Shown here: positions 1 to 13,326 of the stretch, piece after piece
Layout of the letters: each line of letters opens with the position of its first letter
How positions within the stretch are numbered: position 1 is the first letter of the stretch
DNA from: Octopus bimaculoides
Taxonomy: Eukaryota
Assembly: GCF_001194135.2 (NCBI RefSeq)
Contig: NC_068989.1
Coordinates: 4,917,448-4,981,447 of the forward strand
Length of the DNA stretch: 64,000 nt
Direction of reading: 5' to 3'
The notes under the pieces: generated by a model
The model's input: the letters and a program-made list of their open reading frames with translations, nothing else
Databases searched by the model: none
What the model was told of the DNA's origin: nothing
Made by a program: the position numbers and the translations under genes

Positions 1-69
<69 letters not shown>

Positions 70-80
70 TATACATACAT
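1..80. repeat. (AT)n/(AGAT)n microsatellite
   Basis: Direct reading of the sequence. Confidence 0.95.
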
Positions 81-392
81 ACATATGCACAGAGAGATAG
101 TGAGCTGGCAGTAATTGAAAATATATGTTTATGAATTGTCTCGGCTACTTTTATGTCTTGTTTGTACATTTATGTGTGAGGGTATGGGCGTGTGAGCTTG
201 CATGTATGTATGCATGTACACCCACACACACATCCACACTCAGTGGAGAAAGTAACTTCTAGAAGACTACAAAAACATTCATTAGATCAAAGTACACTGA
301 AATATGCCATGTCCAGAATTTTCTTTTCTCAAATAAAAATTCAGTCCTCAGTTTATTTCTTCCTCTCTTTTTGTGTTTGTTTATCTTTGCTT

Positions 393-425
<33 letters not shown>

Positions 426-452
426 TTCCATCTCTCTCTTTCTCTCTTTCCA

Positions 453-499
<47 letters not shown>

Positions 500-558
500 T
501 TCCATCTCTCTCTTTCTCTCTCTCTCTCTCTCTTTCTCTCTCTTTCTTTCTCTCTCTT

Positions 559-589
<31 letters not shown>

Positions 590-591
590 CT
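393..591. repeat. (CT)n-rich microsatellite running into assembly gap 592-710
   Basis: CT/CTTT repeats; they explain the spurious SL/ER-rich ORFs at 192-829. Confidence 0.95.
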
Positions 592-1622
592 NNNNNNNNN
601 NNNNNNNNNNNNNNNNNNNNNNNNNNNNNNNNNNNNNNNNNNNNNNNNNNNNNNNNNNNNNNNNNNNNNNNNNNNNNNNNNNNNNNNNNNNNNNNNNNNN
701 NNNNNNNNNNNTCCCCACCCACCCAAGAACATGAAAGAGAGTATCATGTTCCTTGCATGTGAAAACAATATTTCCTGCTGTTGCCATCCGAAGCACCTCA
801 CTGGAATCGCTCCACTGATTGCTTACTAATCAAGAATTGTTGTGCGACACCTTTCAGAGATGTTTTAATAAAGCTATTGTTTGCTAAATTAACTATCATC
901 ATCACTTCACCTTCCCTGCCTCCCACTACAACCATTGTTAATGCTACTACTACAGTCACTATTATCGTTAATATGCAAACCCAATGAGGGTGCCTCTATA
1001 TGGTCACTTGACCTTTCAGACATAACAGCTTTATTTCCATGAAACCTCATCCTATCATCTTAGGTTCAAACCGACTGCAGGTACTTCATTACCTGACCTG
1101 TTCTGAATGAGATTTATTTCTCATTATCTCAACACTATAAAGTTAGAGTTAAGCACCGGCATATCACCAATAATGCTTTTAGAATATCGATGTCTATCAA
1201 AGTTGACCAAAGTCTTGTGAATGGATTTGGTAGACAAAACTTCAGAGCTTATTGCATGCAAGTGTGTGTGTGTGTGTGTGTGTGTATGTAAAGTCTCATC
1301 ACATCCATCTTTCCATGCTTGTATGGGTCAGATGGCTGTTACTGAGGCAAATTTTCTACATCCAGATGTCCTTCTTGTCAGCAACTCTCACATTTTTCCA
1401 AGCAAAATAATAATTCCTTCTGGCTGGACTATATTTCATAGAGTATTGCAAACGAATGAAACTGAACTTAATTTTGTTTATTTAGCATAATCTCTGATGG
1501 TAATACCATCACTGCTACTACTGCTGAATAAATATAACAGTACTGTGTATACATACAAATATGTGTGTGTGTGTGTGTGTATTATAAATACTTGTTGATT
1601 TCCATCTCTTTGTCTTTTTCAG

Positions 1623-1677
1623 CTCAATCACCCTCATGTTGTATTTCAAGCAACTCACTCAGAGGAGGAACGCTGTG
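1623..1677 (+). CDS. ADAM exon: end of prodomain, [18 protein letters not shown](G)
   Basis: tttttcag|CTC...TGTG|gtaagg; PHVVF and a cysteine-switch-like CG; phase 1 matches the next exon. Confidence 0.75.
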
Positions 1678-2512
1678 GTAAGGACATGAAAACTTATTTT
1701 CCTTGGTCTTTTCTTTTTTTCTTTAGTGCAAACAACATGCACCATGCATAATCATTACAACTAGTTCTTTTGTTTTTGCATGATGTCTTGAATGCGGTCA
1801 GCTGTTCAGATATGGTCATTGTATCTGTGCTATGTCTATAACATTGGTACTTCGATCTCAAATGTCCTTTCTACCAAGCTGGAATTACCATATCTACTTA
1901 TGCATAAGTCGCATAAAGATGAAAAACAAAGTAGACCTCAGCTTAGATTTGAACTCTGAACAGAGACTAACAAAACACAAACATGGCATCACATTTCATC
2001 AACTACATTAATAATAATGTCTTGGATTATTTCATCGATGCTATAGGAATGAAAGGCAAATTTTGACCTCTAACCTTGGGTTCAAACTCAAAATGGAGAT
2101 GGTATCCATCCACTGACCAAAATTCTCCAATAGTGTAGTGCCATTATTTTTTGCACTCGAGCTGCATCAGCTATTTCTTTCAGACCCTTCCTGTCTTCTT
2201 CTCCTCCTCCCAAACTATCCCCCTGATTTCTTACTATTATTATTATTATTAATAATAATAATAATAATAATAAAGTAATGCTATTCTGATCACCTGAGCT
2301 AACATAGGTCTCAAGTTTTATTACCTTAACCCTTCCGCCAATCCAATCCACTTCACTCTCTTGCTTTTATTCTATCATTAAAATGTCTTCCAGTCAAAAC
2401 CATATTTTAACCATTCTCTCTCCTTCACTTTGATCTCGTTCTTTACTTACTCATTTCTCTGTCTTTCATTACCTCTATCCCTGCGACTTACTCATTTCAT
2501 CTTGCCCTCCAC

Positions 2513-2583
<71 letters not shown>

Positions 2584-2598
2584 GATACATCTCTGTCT

Positions 2599-2633
<35 letters not shown>

Positions 2634-3405
2634 CTCATTCTGTCTTTCTCTCTGTTCATCTCCTTTTTCTGTTCATTCTCTTCCTCTTCCTCTTTTCCTT
2701 TCTCCACCTCTCTATCTTTCAACTACTCTCACAACCAACTCACTAGCCTCCAGTTGTCAGCAGAATGGAAAACCATTAGACTTATTGAAGCTTACATGGC
2801 CCTGTCTATAGACGGTACACGCATTATACTTGCATACGCACATACATTCATACACACATTCACTTTGCACAAATGCACGCACACGTGCACACAAACACTC
2901 ACACACACACATTTACATACTCCCACAGATGCACATACACACACGGAACAATTATCTTGAAAGAACGAATGCTAAGAAGATATGGGATTGTCAGTAGGAC
3001 ATCTATTTTTTGGTTAGTCCTGTCATGTAAGAAACCATCATCGTCATCATCATCATTGTCATCATCATCATTGTCATCATCATCATCGTTGTCATCATCA
3101 TCATTATTATCATCAGTATTAAATCATAATATTGCATGTTTGTTGTAATACCAAGCTCAGCTTAATGTTCAAGTGCATTGCATTTTCCTTTTCATTTGCT
3201 CTATGCTATCTATATATATATATATATATATATATATNNNNNNNNNNNNNNNNNNNNNNNNNNNNNNNNNNNNNNNNNNNNNNNNNNNNNNNNNNNNNNN
3301 NNNNNNNNNNNNNNNNNNNNNNNNNNNNNNNNNNNNNNNNNNNNNNNNNNNNNNNNNNNNNNNNNNNNNNNNNNNNNNNNNNNNNNNNNNNNNNNNNNNN
3401 NNNNN

Positions 3406-3445
<40 letters not shown>

Positions 3446-3448
3446 TAT

Positions 3449-3480
<32 letters not shown>

Positions 3481-5385
3481 GCATCTATACAAATATATAC
3501 ATATATTTGTACACACACACATATATAGGTATATACACTCATACATATGTGTGTGAGTTGATTACCATGCCAGTTTTCCTCAAAGGATGTGGATGTGTGC
3601 AGTTCATAAACAAAGTTACTCTGTATAAGTTGTGCTAGTTGGAGCAGTCCTCCTATCTTGTCAAACTGTATATTTATAATATCCTCCATTACACCCTTTA
3701 GCACATTGCCATGACCACCCCCAACACTACCATCACTGTTGTACTGGATTATATTTAGTATTGTTTGTGTCTTCAACCTCTTCATTGTGCTTCTCTTATA
3801 TTTCTATTTTTGGGTCTCTATATTTGGAAAAATGTTTCTTCAGGTTCTTCCAAGAAGATATTTCTAACATCTTTTCTTTATATTGTGATCTTCAAATATC
3901 AATAAACATGAATACTTGTATCATCGTAAGAGTTTTTGAGAATAGCAACAGGGCAGTGGGTGCTTAGCTCTCAATACTTAGTTGCATGTGTCTTACTATT
4001 CATGATCCTAGCACTATATGGCATGCTGTTTAGCCCCAGGTCAATGATGAATCAGCAGATTTATGATCAATGACATTCCAGTACATAACCATTCTATCTT
4101 ATTCTCGGACATAGTCTATTTAGGACTACATCATCCAATGTGTATCTTATTCTCTGACATAGTCTATGTAGGACTACATCATCCTATGTGTACTTTTTCA
4201 TTTAGGATGGTAGGATGTGATTTGAAAAAAATCTGGCTTCTTTTTCTAAGAGAGTGATTGACCATGTTGAAATTCCCTCATTGGCTGTTATTCTATGTAA
4301 AAACTATTGCTGCTACTGTTGTTGTTGTTGTTGTTGTTGCTGCTTAGCTCTACCTTCAGATCAGTCCTGATTGGGTAGGCCTGTAATCAAAGGAAATTCC
4401 AGTCATCACAGCATCATTGTCATCATCATCTTAATATGTCCATTCTTCCATACAAGCATTCGTTCAGTGGGTTTACAGAAGCAATGTGAAGTGTAAAGGA
4501 GAGAAAAGGTCTCTTACTTTAAGTTGGCAAATGACTCCTAAACAGAACTTCTCAGACACAGACTGGAATTTTTTGTGCAACCCTGAGACACTTTCTACTC
4601 TATTCACAGGCCAGTAGATAGAATTCCCAAGGACCCCTTAATCGCACATATCTGTTTTTGCTTGGACAATAAGATGTGATCTGAAGCAATGATGTGTTGA
4701 TGTGCATTGAGTGTTGGCAGTAGAATTTATTTGTGGTAAAGAGAGAAAGAGTAAGTGGCAACAGAGCCTAATTGACGTAGGTGTAGTTTAACCCTAGGTC
4801 AGCCCTAACTCAGAAGACTCATATTCAAAATGAATTACAGTCATGACCATCCTGATGTTTCTGTTACAGACATTATCTCAGACTACGTTATCCAATGTTT
4901 CTTTCCTTGTTTTTTTTTTTTTTTAATGGAAGCACATGTTTTAAGGGGTATTGAGTTACTATTTCTAACAGGTCAAGAGACCACATAAAGGCTACTTTGT
5001 TATTTCTATCTCAACAATAAAGAATGAGTCTACTTTGAAAATGGTAATGTTCATGTATGACAGTGTGACATAGGATTGAGACAAATGATATATACTGAAC
5101 TATAAAACATGTCCAGTCTGTGCCAATATAGATGGATGACGATGACGCCAACGATGGTGGTGGTGGTGGTGGTGGTGGTGGTGATGGTGATGATGATGCT
5201 GCTATCACCAACATTGATGGCAGTGGTGACAAAGACAGTGTATATTGTGTGTGCTTACACTATTTGATTTCTGAGAGAATGGTTTTTATTGGGAAACATT
5301 AATATTTATGATTATATGCATGTGTGTGTACACACACAAAGAGATTGTGTGTGTGTGTACACATACATACAAATATACAATTGTG

Positions 5386-5417
<32 letters not shown>

Positions 5418-7317
5418 ATCATTTAACATCCCTCTTCCCTGCTGGCATGGGTTAAATGGTTTGACAGGATCCAATGAGTCAGAGTATGGCATCATGCTCC
5501 AAATGTCTGCTTTGGCATGGTTTCTATGGTTGGATGCCCTTCTTAACATCAACCAGTTTACAGATTGTATTGTGTGCTTTTCTCATGACACTAGGATGAA
5601 GGACATCACTAAGTAACTAGAATGACAAAGAAAAGAACTCATCTCACCTGAGTGAGGATATATAGGTGACTTCAAGCCAGGTGTTGAGAGGTTTAAATAT
5701 GATAGAAGGACAGACAGTGAGATCTTGCTGTATGGAAGAGATACATGACTGTCTCACATTATATCGGAGTGAGTGGGAATAGCTGGAAGGGAGATAGAGA
5801 TGTTGGTGAATCGGTGATGGAGCATAGTGCCAAGGTACAAAATGGTGAGTGTAAAAGAGAATATGGACAGCGGGTGGCAAGGGAGGAGAGTGGTAGGTAA
5901 TGTAGTGAATAATGTACAAGGGTGGAAGTGTTGTCAGTGGAAAATATCAATCAGTAATGGAGGAAGAAGATAAGAGATGGGCCAAGTGGATGGAGAGCAG
6001 CAGTATAACGGAGCTGTTAAGAGATCAGAAAATATTTATATAAATGTGTGTGTATATATACATATATATTCTTATATATACATATGTATATATATACACA
6101 CAAATACAACATACATATACATATATACACATATGTGCATATGTTTGTATACACACACATACACAGATGATCATAAATATTCATTTTTGCCAATAAAAAA
6201 AACATTGTCACTCCGAAATCAAATAATGCAAGCACACTGTCTATAGTCTTTGTCCTCACTTCTATCAATGTTGGTGGTTCCACCATCATCATCATCATTA
6301 TTATTCTTAGAATCATCTCTCCATATTGGCACCGACTAGACATATGTATGCTACCATGTAACATAACAACACAACATAAATTGTGTGTGTCTTAGTTGTT
6401 TAGTGCCAACCTTATAGATACAAATAAAATACTTGATACATCAGGAAGTAGACTGATAGATTTTTTTATTAACTGACCTTTACAGAATTACTTTTGTTTT
6501 AGTTCAAAGTGAATCATGACACAAACAGCCATTGTTGATGAAAAGAATATTTATTCAGTAACTTTGGGAGGTGGAAGGGAAACATGATAATAGCGGAGTG
6601 ATATTAAGTTCACAGTGTGTTTATAATTTGGTGTTATGGCCTTGAACACACACACCCAACACACACACACACACACACACAGTCAAACTCATGTTCACAC
6701 GCACATATAGAGAAATCTCACCACTGTCATCAGTGTACATGCTCTGTCTCTGGATTTTGAACATGATATCAAGAAAACCTATTTATGAATCTGATCCATA
6801 CACACACACATCATCATCATCATCATCATCGTTTAACATCCGCTTTCCATGCTAGCATGGGTTGGACGATTTGACTGAGGACTGGTGAACCAGATGGCTA
6901 CACCAGGCTCCAATCTGATCTGGCAGAGTGGAGCCTGGTGTAGCCATCTGGTTCAGTTTCGTGTATACATGTGTGTGTGTGTGTGTGTATGTATTTATTC
7001 ACATGTGTATATTTATATAATGTATATTTTCATTTAACGGCTGTTTTCCATGCTGGTATGGATCTCCGACATCACCATTTTTGAGATCAAAACTGGTTAG
7101 AAGCAAAGCGATGCCCTTGATGAAAGAACTTCATTTTACTCCTGTTTACTCATTTGAAAATGAGTATCATCTGCCCACTGGTGCAATTTTCTCTCATCTG
7201 GCTGTTCATGATGTTTCAGTGGGTCAAGGTTGGAGGGGTGTGTCATGACTTCATGGTTATCTAAAGCAATTAGCAAAGGCATGGTACATTCTAAATCATA
7301 TTCAATTGTGATGATGG

Positions 7318-7357
<40 letters not shown>

Positions 7358-10300
7358 CTGAACACTGATGAGGTGTTTTAACAAGATTATATGATGTTTC
7401 ACAATAATTATGCAATCCTGCCTGTAAATTATGAACCATGTGTATGTTTATAAAGCATAGTATACCAGACCTGTTTTCTGTATTTTTATTAATCCATATT
7501 TATTTTCGTAAGGAAATACACGAAGCCACTGGTTGCCTTACAATGAACTCCATCGAGGGGAATTTGCCCGCCGACTGAAGAACTTACGAACCCAGCAGGT
7601 AAATTTGTTTAATAATTCTAAAGCAACAACTTCTTTATTAAACAACACTTCATCAATTCTTATTATCATTATTATCATAAGTCAAACTGTAGGACTGATT
7701 CAATTAACTGTGGCCAACATCCAAACTTTGTGATTGAGTGCCAATATTAGAAAATGTTTTTTGTTAGTGGTGGAGGAGGAATGACAAATATGACAGAGCA
7801 GTAGGCAAAATGCCTTTACATTTCTGAGTTCAAATATCACCAAAGTCTGTTGTGCCTTTCATTCTTTTGGGGTGATAAAACAAGTACAGGTTAAGTACAG
7901 CTACAACATTGATTTTCTGAAACCTTTGGTTCCAAAGCCTTTCTGGATTACTGATTTTTCCAAACCAGCTATGGTCACCTTGGTCAACACATTCTAAATT
8001 CAACAAGTATTAAATTTTGAATGATTAAATGAAATACAGGTACTTGCACATCATTAGTGTAAATTGGTGCAAGTTATAAGAGGTTCCAAATTATCAGTGT
8101 CCAGATAGTCAGTGTTGTACTTGGATTGGTCAAATTGACAATATGCATTCCTTAAAATTTGTCACCTTCTATATTAAATTATTATTACCAAAAATTTAAA
8201 CCATTATTATTATTGATTGTCCATCGTTTTTTTTTTTTATTTTGTGTGTTTTCAAAGTTTCTTTCAGTTTTTCTTTTCTTCTTTGCCTACAGAACTCCCG
8301 TGGAGATATTAATGTTGAAGTGAAGTTGGCTCTTATTTTTGACTCATCAGTTGTAAGTATGATCCAGAAAGCGCCAAATTTGATGATATATCAGATGATC
8401 TCCTCCCCACCCAAGAAAAAAATGGTTCAAGAATTCACTTTGGGTCCTTTAGCATTTAAACCAGCCATATCTGGCTCAAATATTCAACGTGTTTTACACT
8501 CAGACCAGTCAGATCCAGTGTCTCACACCTACCCTACCATGTTGTTCTAGGAACCGTAATCACATTGTCAAAATTTTGTAGTTACAACACAATGCATGAT
8601 TAATTCAAAGCAATGTGAATGAATAAGCAGAATATTTGACAGAATAAACCCTTCTCTCTGTTAACAGAGAGAATTTAAGAATTGGAATCTTATGTAGATT
8701 CCCAAGGACTGTATGGACCCCAGTTAATAACCACTGCCAAAGGCACTTCATGGAGATGAGGTCTTTCTTCAGTGCTACCTATCCTCCCCACCACAACCAT
8801 GTGGTCTATGACACTTATATTCTTATATGTATTTTATCTATTTTTCAGTACAAGCCCCTTAACCTTACCAGACCTGATATGCTGCGCTATGCCCTAGGAA
8901 CAACTAATATCCTTGATGCAGTAAGTGTATCTATTTTGATGTTTCATTTGATGCTCTTCTCCATATTGCACTTCTTTGCTTGCTTCTAACTTGTCTAAGT
9001 TTCTGACATTATTAATAATTATGGAAAATGTTAAATGTTATTAAGTTTGTGAGACAAGTTATTTTAGCAATTTAAATTTACTAAAACATGTTTTGTTTTT
9101 TTTTAACTTTTTGTCTTTTGTAGTATACTTACTATGTACTGAAGCTCTTCATTCTCTGTGGAACATAAGCCATTGAGGACTTTTCTCTGCTGTTCTCGAT
9201 TCTAGGCTGTCTTTTCTGTTTCTTATCCCTGGTCTTGTTGGTCCTACACAAACCCATTTTAACTCTGGGAAGAGATGGTGCATATTAGATTAATCTGACC
9301 TCTGTCCTTTGACCTGTCCAGCATGGGAAGCCTTACCAAGCGCTTACACTCCAGTATAACTTTTAGGATCATTGAGGCACACAAGCCACCACACTGCAAC
9401 AAAGATATGAACTTGTGGTGGTCTTTGTAGTCTATTTTAATTGATTTAATCTCTAATTGCCTTCAGTCGCACCTCCACTGCATGCTCATACACACATGTA
9501 TGCATATATACATATAAATATACAAATATATTTGTATGTATGATTGTATAACATGTGATCTATTGTTTAAGTATCTAATGACAAACAAGTGTAGAGTGGT
9601 CAGGGACTATTTGAACCAGATGTTGTATATCAGAGGGTCTTCTCCTCAATTTTTCCAGTAAAGATATTACTAATTAGTCAAGAGAGGTTTGTTTTCGAAG
9701 CTTTCCCATCTCCACTTTCAGACAAAAGCTCCACTGATGGAGCTTTCGTCTCTGACAAAGACAATACATAGACGGCAGTTCTAAGAAAGACAGAATACGA
9801 AAGATGGACAAGAAATGGAAAGGCTAAAAATAGGGAGAAGAAAAGATTGGTTTAGGAGAGGTGATGAGGACATGTTAAGGTGTTGTGTTCCCTATGATCT
9901 AAGCTGTGGATTTCTATCTTAGATAGGGGCTTGCATGTTTGTTGTTTGCTTGTGTATGTGTTATAATGTTTGTTTCTTTCTTACAGTATTACAAAGAAGT
10001 GTCTGTACGGTTATCTTTGGTGTACATGGAACTGTGGAACAGTGAGAACCAGATTGAGGTTAGTTCTAATGTCAGGGAAACTTTGACGAACCTCCTGGAA
10101 TTCAAAAGGAATAACATGCCACAGGTTCTCAACAACACCCTGGTACATCTCGTCACGTAAGTCTGCTCGGCTACCTCCTCCTCCTCCTCCTCCCTTCCCC
10201 TCTCTTTCTGTATCTAGTTATCTACCTGTCTCCATCCCTCTCTCTCTAATTATCCAACATTATGTAGTATATTGTTTTGTAGTTGATTATGGAGCTCTGT

Positions 10301-13278
10301 TGGTATTAAAATGTCCCTGATAGTATCTATGTGTGTATAAAAAAGAAAAAAAGACAACTTTTTTTACTCTTCTTGTTTTATGCAGGAGTCAGGAACTGGA
10401 CCACAAGGTATCTGGGATGTCCATTCCAGACTCTCTCTGCACAGATAGAGCAGTTGGTGTCTCCAGGGTATGTATGACCTTTGTACTGCATAGAGAAAGC
10501 TTTCATACTGTCTCAATTTTCTTCATTGTTTCTATCCGCTATCAGGAATGGAGGATTATTTTTTTAAATAGTTATTTAACCAGAAGGAATCCTTGATGAA
10601 GGTGTTACACAGTTGGGGTTTTAAATTTCAGCAATCATCATATACAGGTCTAAATAACTCCAATTCTTATTCCTATCAATATCGTCATTAAAAACAATTA
10701 TTATTATATTTACGAGGCAGAAAGGTGGTGAGCTGGCAGAGTCGTTAGCACATTGGACGAAATGCTTAGCAGCATTTCTCTTGGTTCTTTATATTCTGAG
10801 TTCAAATCCTGCCAAGGTCGGCTTTGCCTTTCATTCATTTGATGTCAATTGAATTCATGGTCTGATCAATAATTATCTGGACTGTTGCCATAGTAACGAA
10901 GCTAAAGCACGCAGAGTGAAGCTGCTTGGCACAGGTTGACCTTGAACTCTACTGTGCTTGCGCACTAAGTTTCAACGTTCTAGCTCACTTCACTACAGCA
11001 GTGCTTGGAAGGAAGGTGTGTAGCGTGCGGTTGTTGCATTGACCATGACAGAGAAAGTTGAGCAGGGAATCTGCATCAAATTCTGCCAAAAGCTTAGTGA
11101 TATCTTCTCAGAGGCCTATGCCAAGTTTTCAAAAAGTTTTCATCATTCTTGACACAGTCAAAGAAATCTTGTGCAACTGCAACTTGAGTGTCTTTTTGGT
11201 CAGCTGAAAGCAGTTTTGGCACAAACTTGGCAGATCTTCAATGATAATGGACTGAACTGAACCATAACTAATCTGCACATCCTTTGATAACTCATGGATG
11301 GTGATTCAACGATTTTCTCTCACAGCTGCACACACATCTATGATGTGACTTATACACAAGTAAATATAGTAAATTATGATTTCCTGGGTATGTTAAATTT
11401 TTTTTTTATTTATTATACAGTTCAACTAGATTTTTTTTTCTTTTGAAATACAAAAAAAAAAATTGGTATCTTTCAGAGTGACCGCCCATTTGAACCTCAG
11501 CAAGCTGCTTCTGTTCTGGCTCACATGATTGGACACAACTTAGGCATAAAACATGATGAAGACAGTAAGGCTTATTTTCTTCTCAATCCCATTTCTAATA
11601 TATTGATTATTTTTGTATGAAATACAACAGAACAAACTGATCTAACTCTAATCTTATCTGTGAAATTAACATGCTAAGACAATGACTGCTTAACATATCT
11701 GTGAGCTCAAGTGCTCTACTATTTCTACAGCCATTGATTATAAAATTCATATTGTACTATTGTTTTGTTTTTTTAATCTAAGCATCTTTTCTTAAGAGTC
11801 ACAATTCAAGAGACCTGAGGCATAGCTCCATGGTTATAGAAGTTCAGAAATTGACTTCACAACTGTGTGGTTCTGTGTTAAATCCCAGTCCATGCCATCT
11901 TAGTCGTGTAATTCCTAATGCATGAAATGTAGTTGATAAATTGTGTGAAAGCTTAGCAGGTGGACTTAGAGCGTTGAGGGCTTAATGAATAAGGTGGCTG
12001 GCAGGTTGGAAGTTTGTGTCCCATCTGCACAATAGCATTGTCTCAGCTGCTGTAACACTTAAACTTACAACTAACTTAGTTCGTTTACCATCAAATAAAT
12101 GCTGAGTTCAATTACCCTAAAAAACAAAAGAGCAATTGACATCCTGAGGAAGACAATGGCAAACCACATTTGTATGTGCTAGAAACACTTTATTGGTGTA
12201 GATGTTCCGAAGGACCACCAGAAGTCAGATTTGACTTCACTAAACCATTTATCCATCCACTTGTTCTGAGCTACAATTTGGTAAGCACCAGTGGTGTGAG
12301 AAGTAAGCTGCCTGAAAGTAAAAACCAACCCAGTTGATTTTGATTCCCAATAGAAACCAGTTCTCTTTACATCCATTAAAGCCTTTTCAGAAAGACATGA
12401 ATATCACACAAACCCATGTTGCTTTTCTTTATTAATCTGTAGATTGATGTTTCAGTGTTTATTTTTATCAATTTTATCTAACACTTTACTAACACTTTAG
12501 GTTTTTTTCTTGTTTTTTTCCCCCACTTTTTCTCTTTATTCGGGGTTTGAAACAGATAAATGGAGAGAACTGTACCATGAAGGTAGTATGCCTTTAACAT
12601 TCTGTGAGATAATTTTGTTGTCTTGTATTGATGTTGTTACTGTTACTCTTGTTGTTTAGCTCAGTCAAGCACTGAGTCCAATTTGACCAATAATTCTTTC
12701 CTCCAAACTCGAGGCCTTCCACCTCTGTTAGTAATCATAGATATATGGTTTGACAGAAACTGTAGATTAACTGACTTAATACTGCATGTTATTTAGTAAC
12801 ATCCCTTTATAATCAGTGTTCAAATTGAACAAGGGGTGATTTGTGCCTTTGATCCATCAGGGGGTCAATACAATAAGTTGCAGTGAAGTAGTGGGACAGA
12901 TGAATTTGCCTACACCTATCTCGTTAAATAAGTGGACTTGCGCCTAACTCTGAAATAATTTTAGAAAATAACCTTCATTACTGATGTGTTTTCATTGTTA
13001 TTGATCTGTTGAAATTGATACATAATGAAAGTTGTTCCAACTCTTTATATTTTGATTTCGAATCCACCCCTCCATGGTTGATATTACTTTTCATTCTCTT
13101 AGGATCTACAAAATATATATATTACTTGAGTAATATGTTTGGTTTAATTGATATGTCCCTGAACTCTGCAATATTTTTTGGTTTTGTGCTAAAGATAAGT
13201 AAATTTACTCTTCTCTAAAAATTCCTGACCTGATTCTTGTGTTGTGTGTCTGGAGCCTTCGTGTCTAATGAAGAAGTA

Positions 13279-13326
<48 letters not shown>

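Noticed and set aside
192-829. Long ORFs on both strands (SLSLSL / ERERER)
   Set aside because: Translations of a (CT)n microsatellite and an N-gap. The same applies to ORFs at 3132-3785, 40188-40527 and 42956-43262.
11525-11527. Idea that A-to-I editing restores the catalytic Glu
   Set aside because: ATG can only be edited to GTG (Val); Glu needs a T-to-A change.
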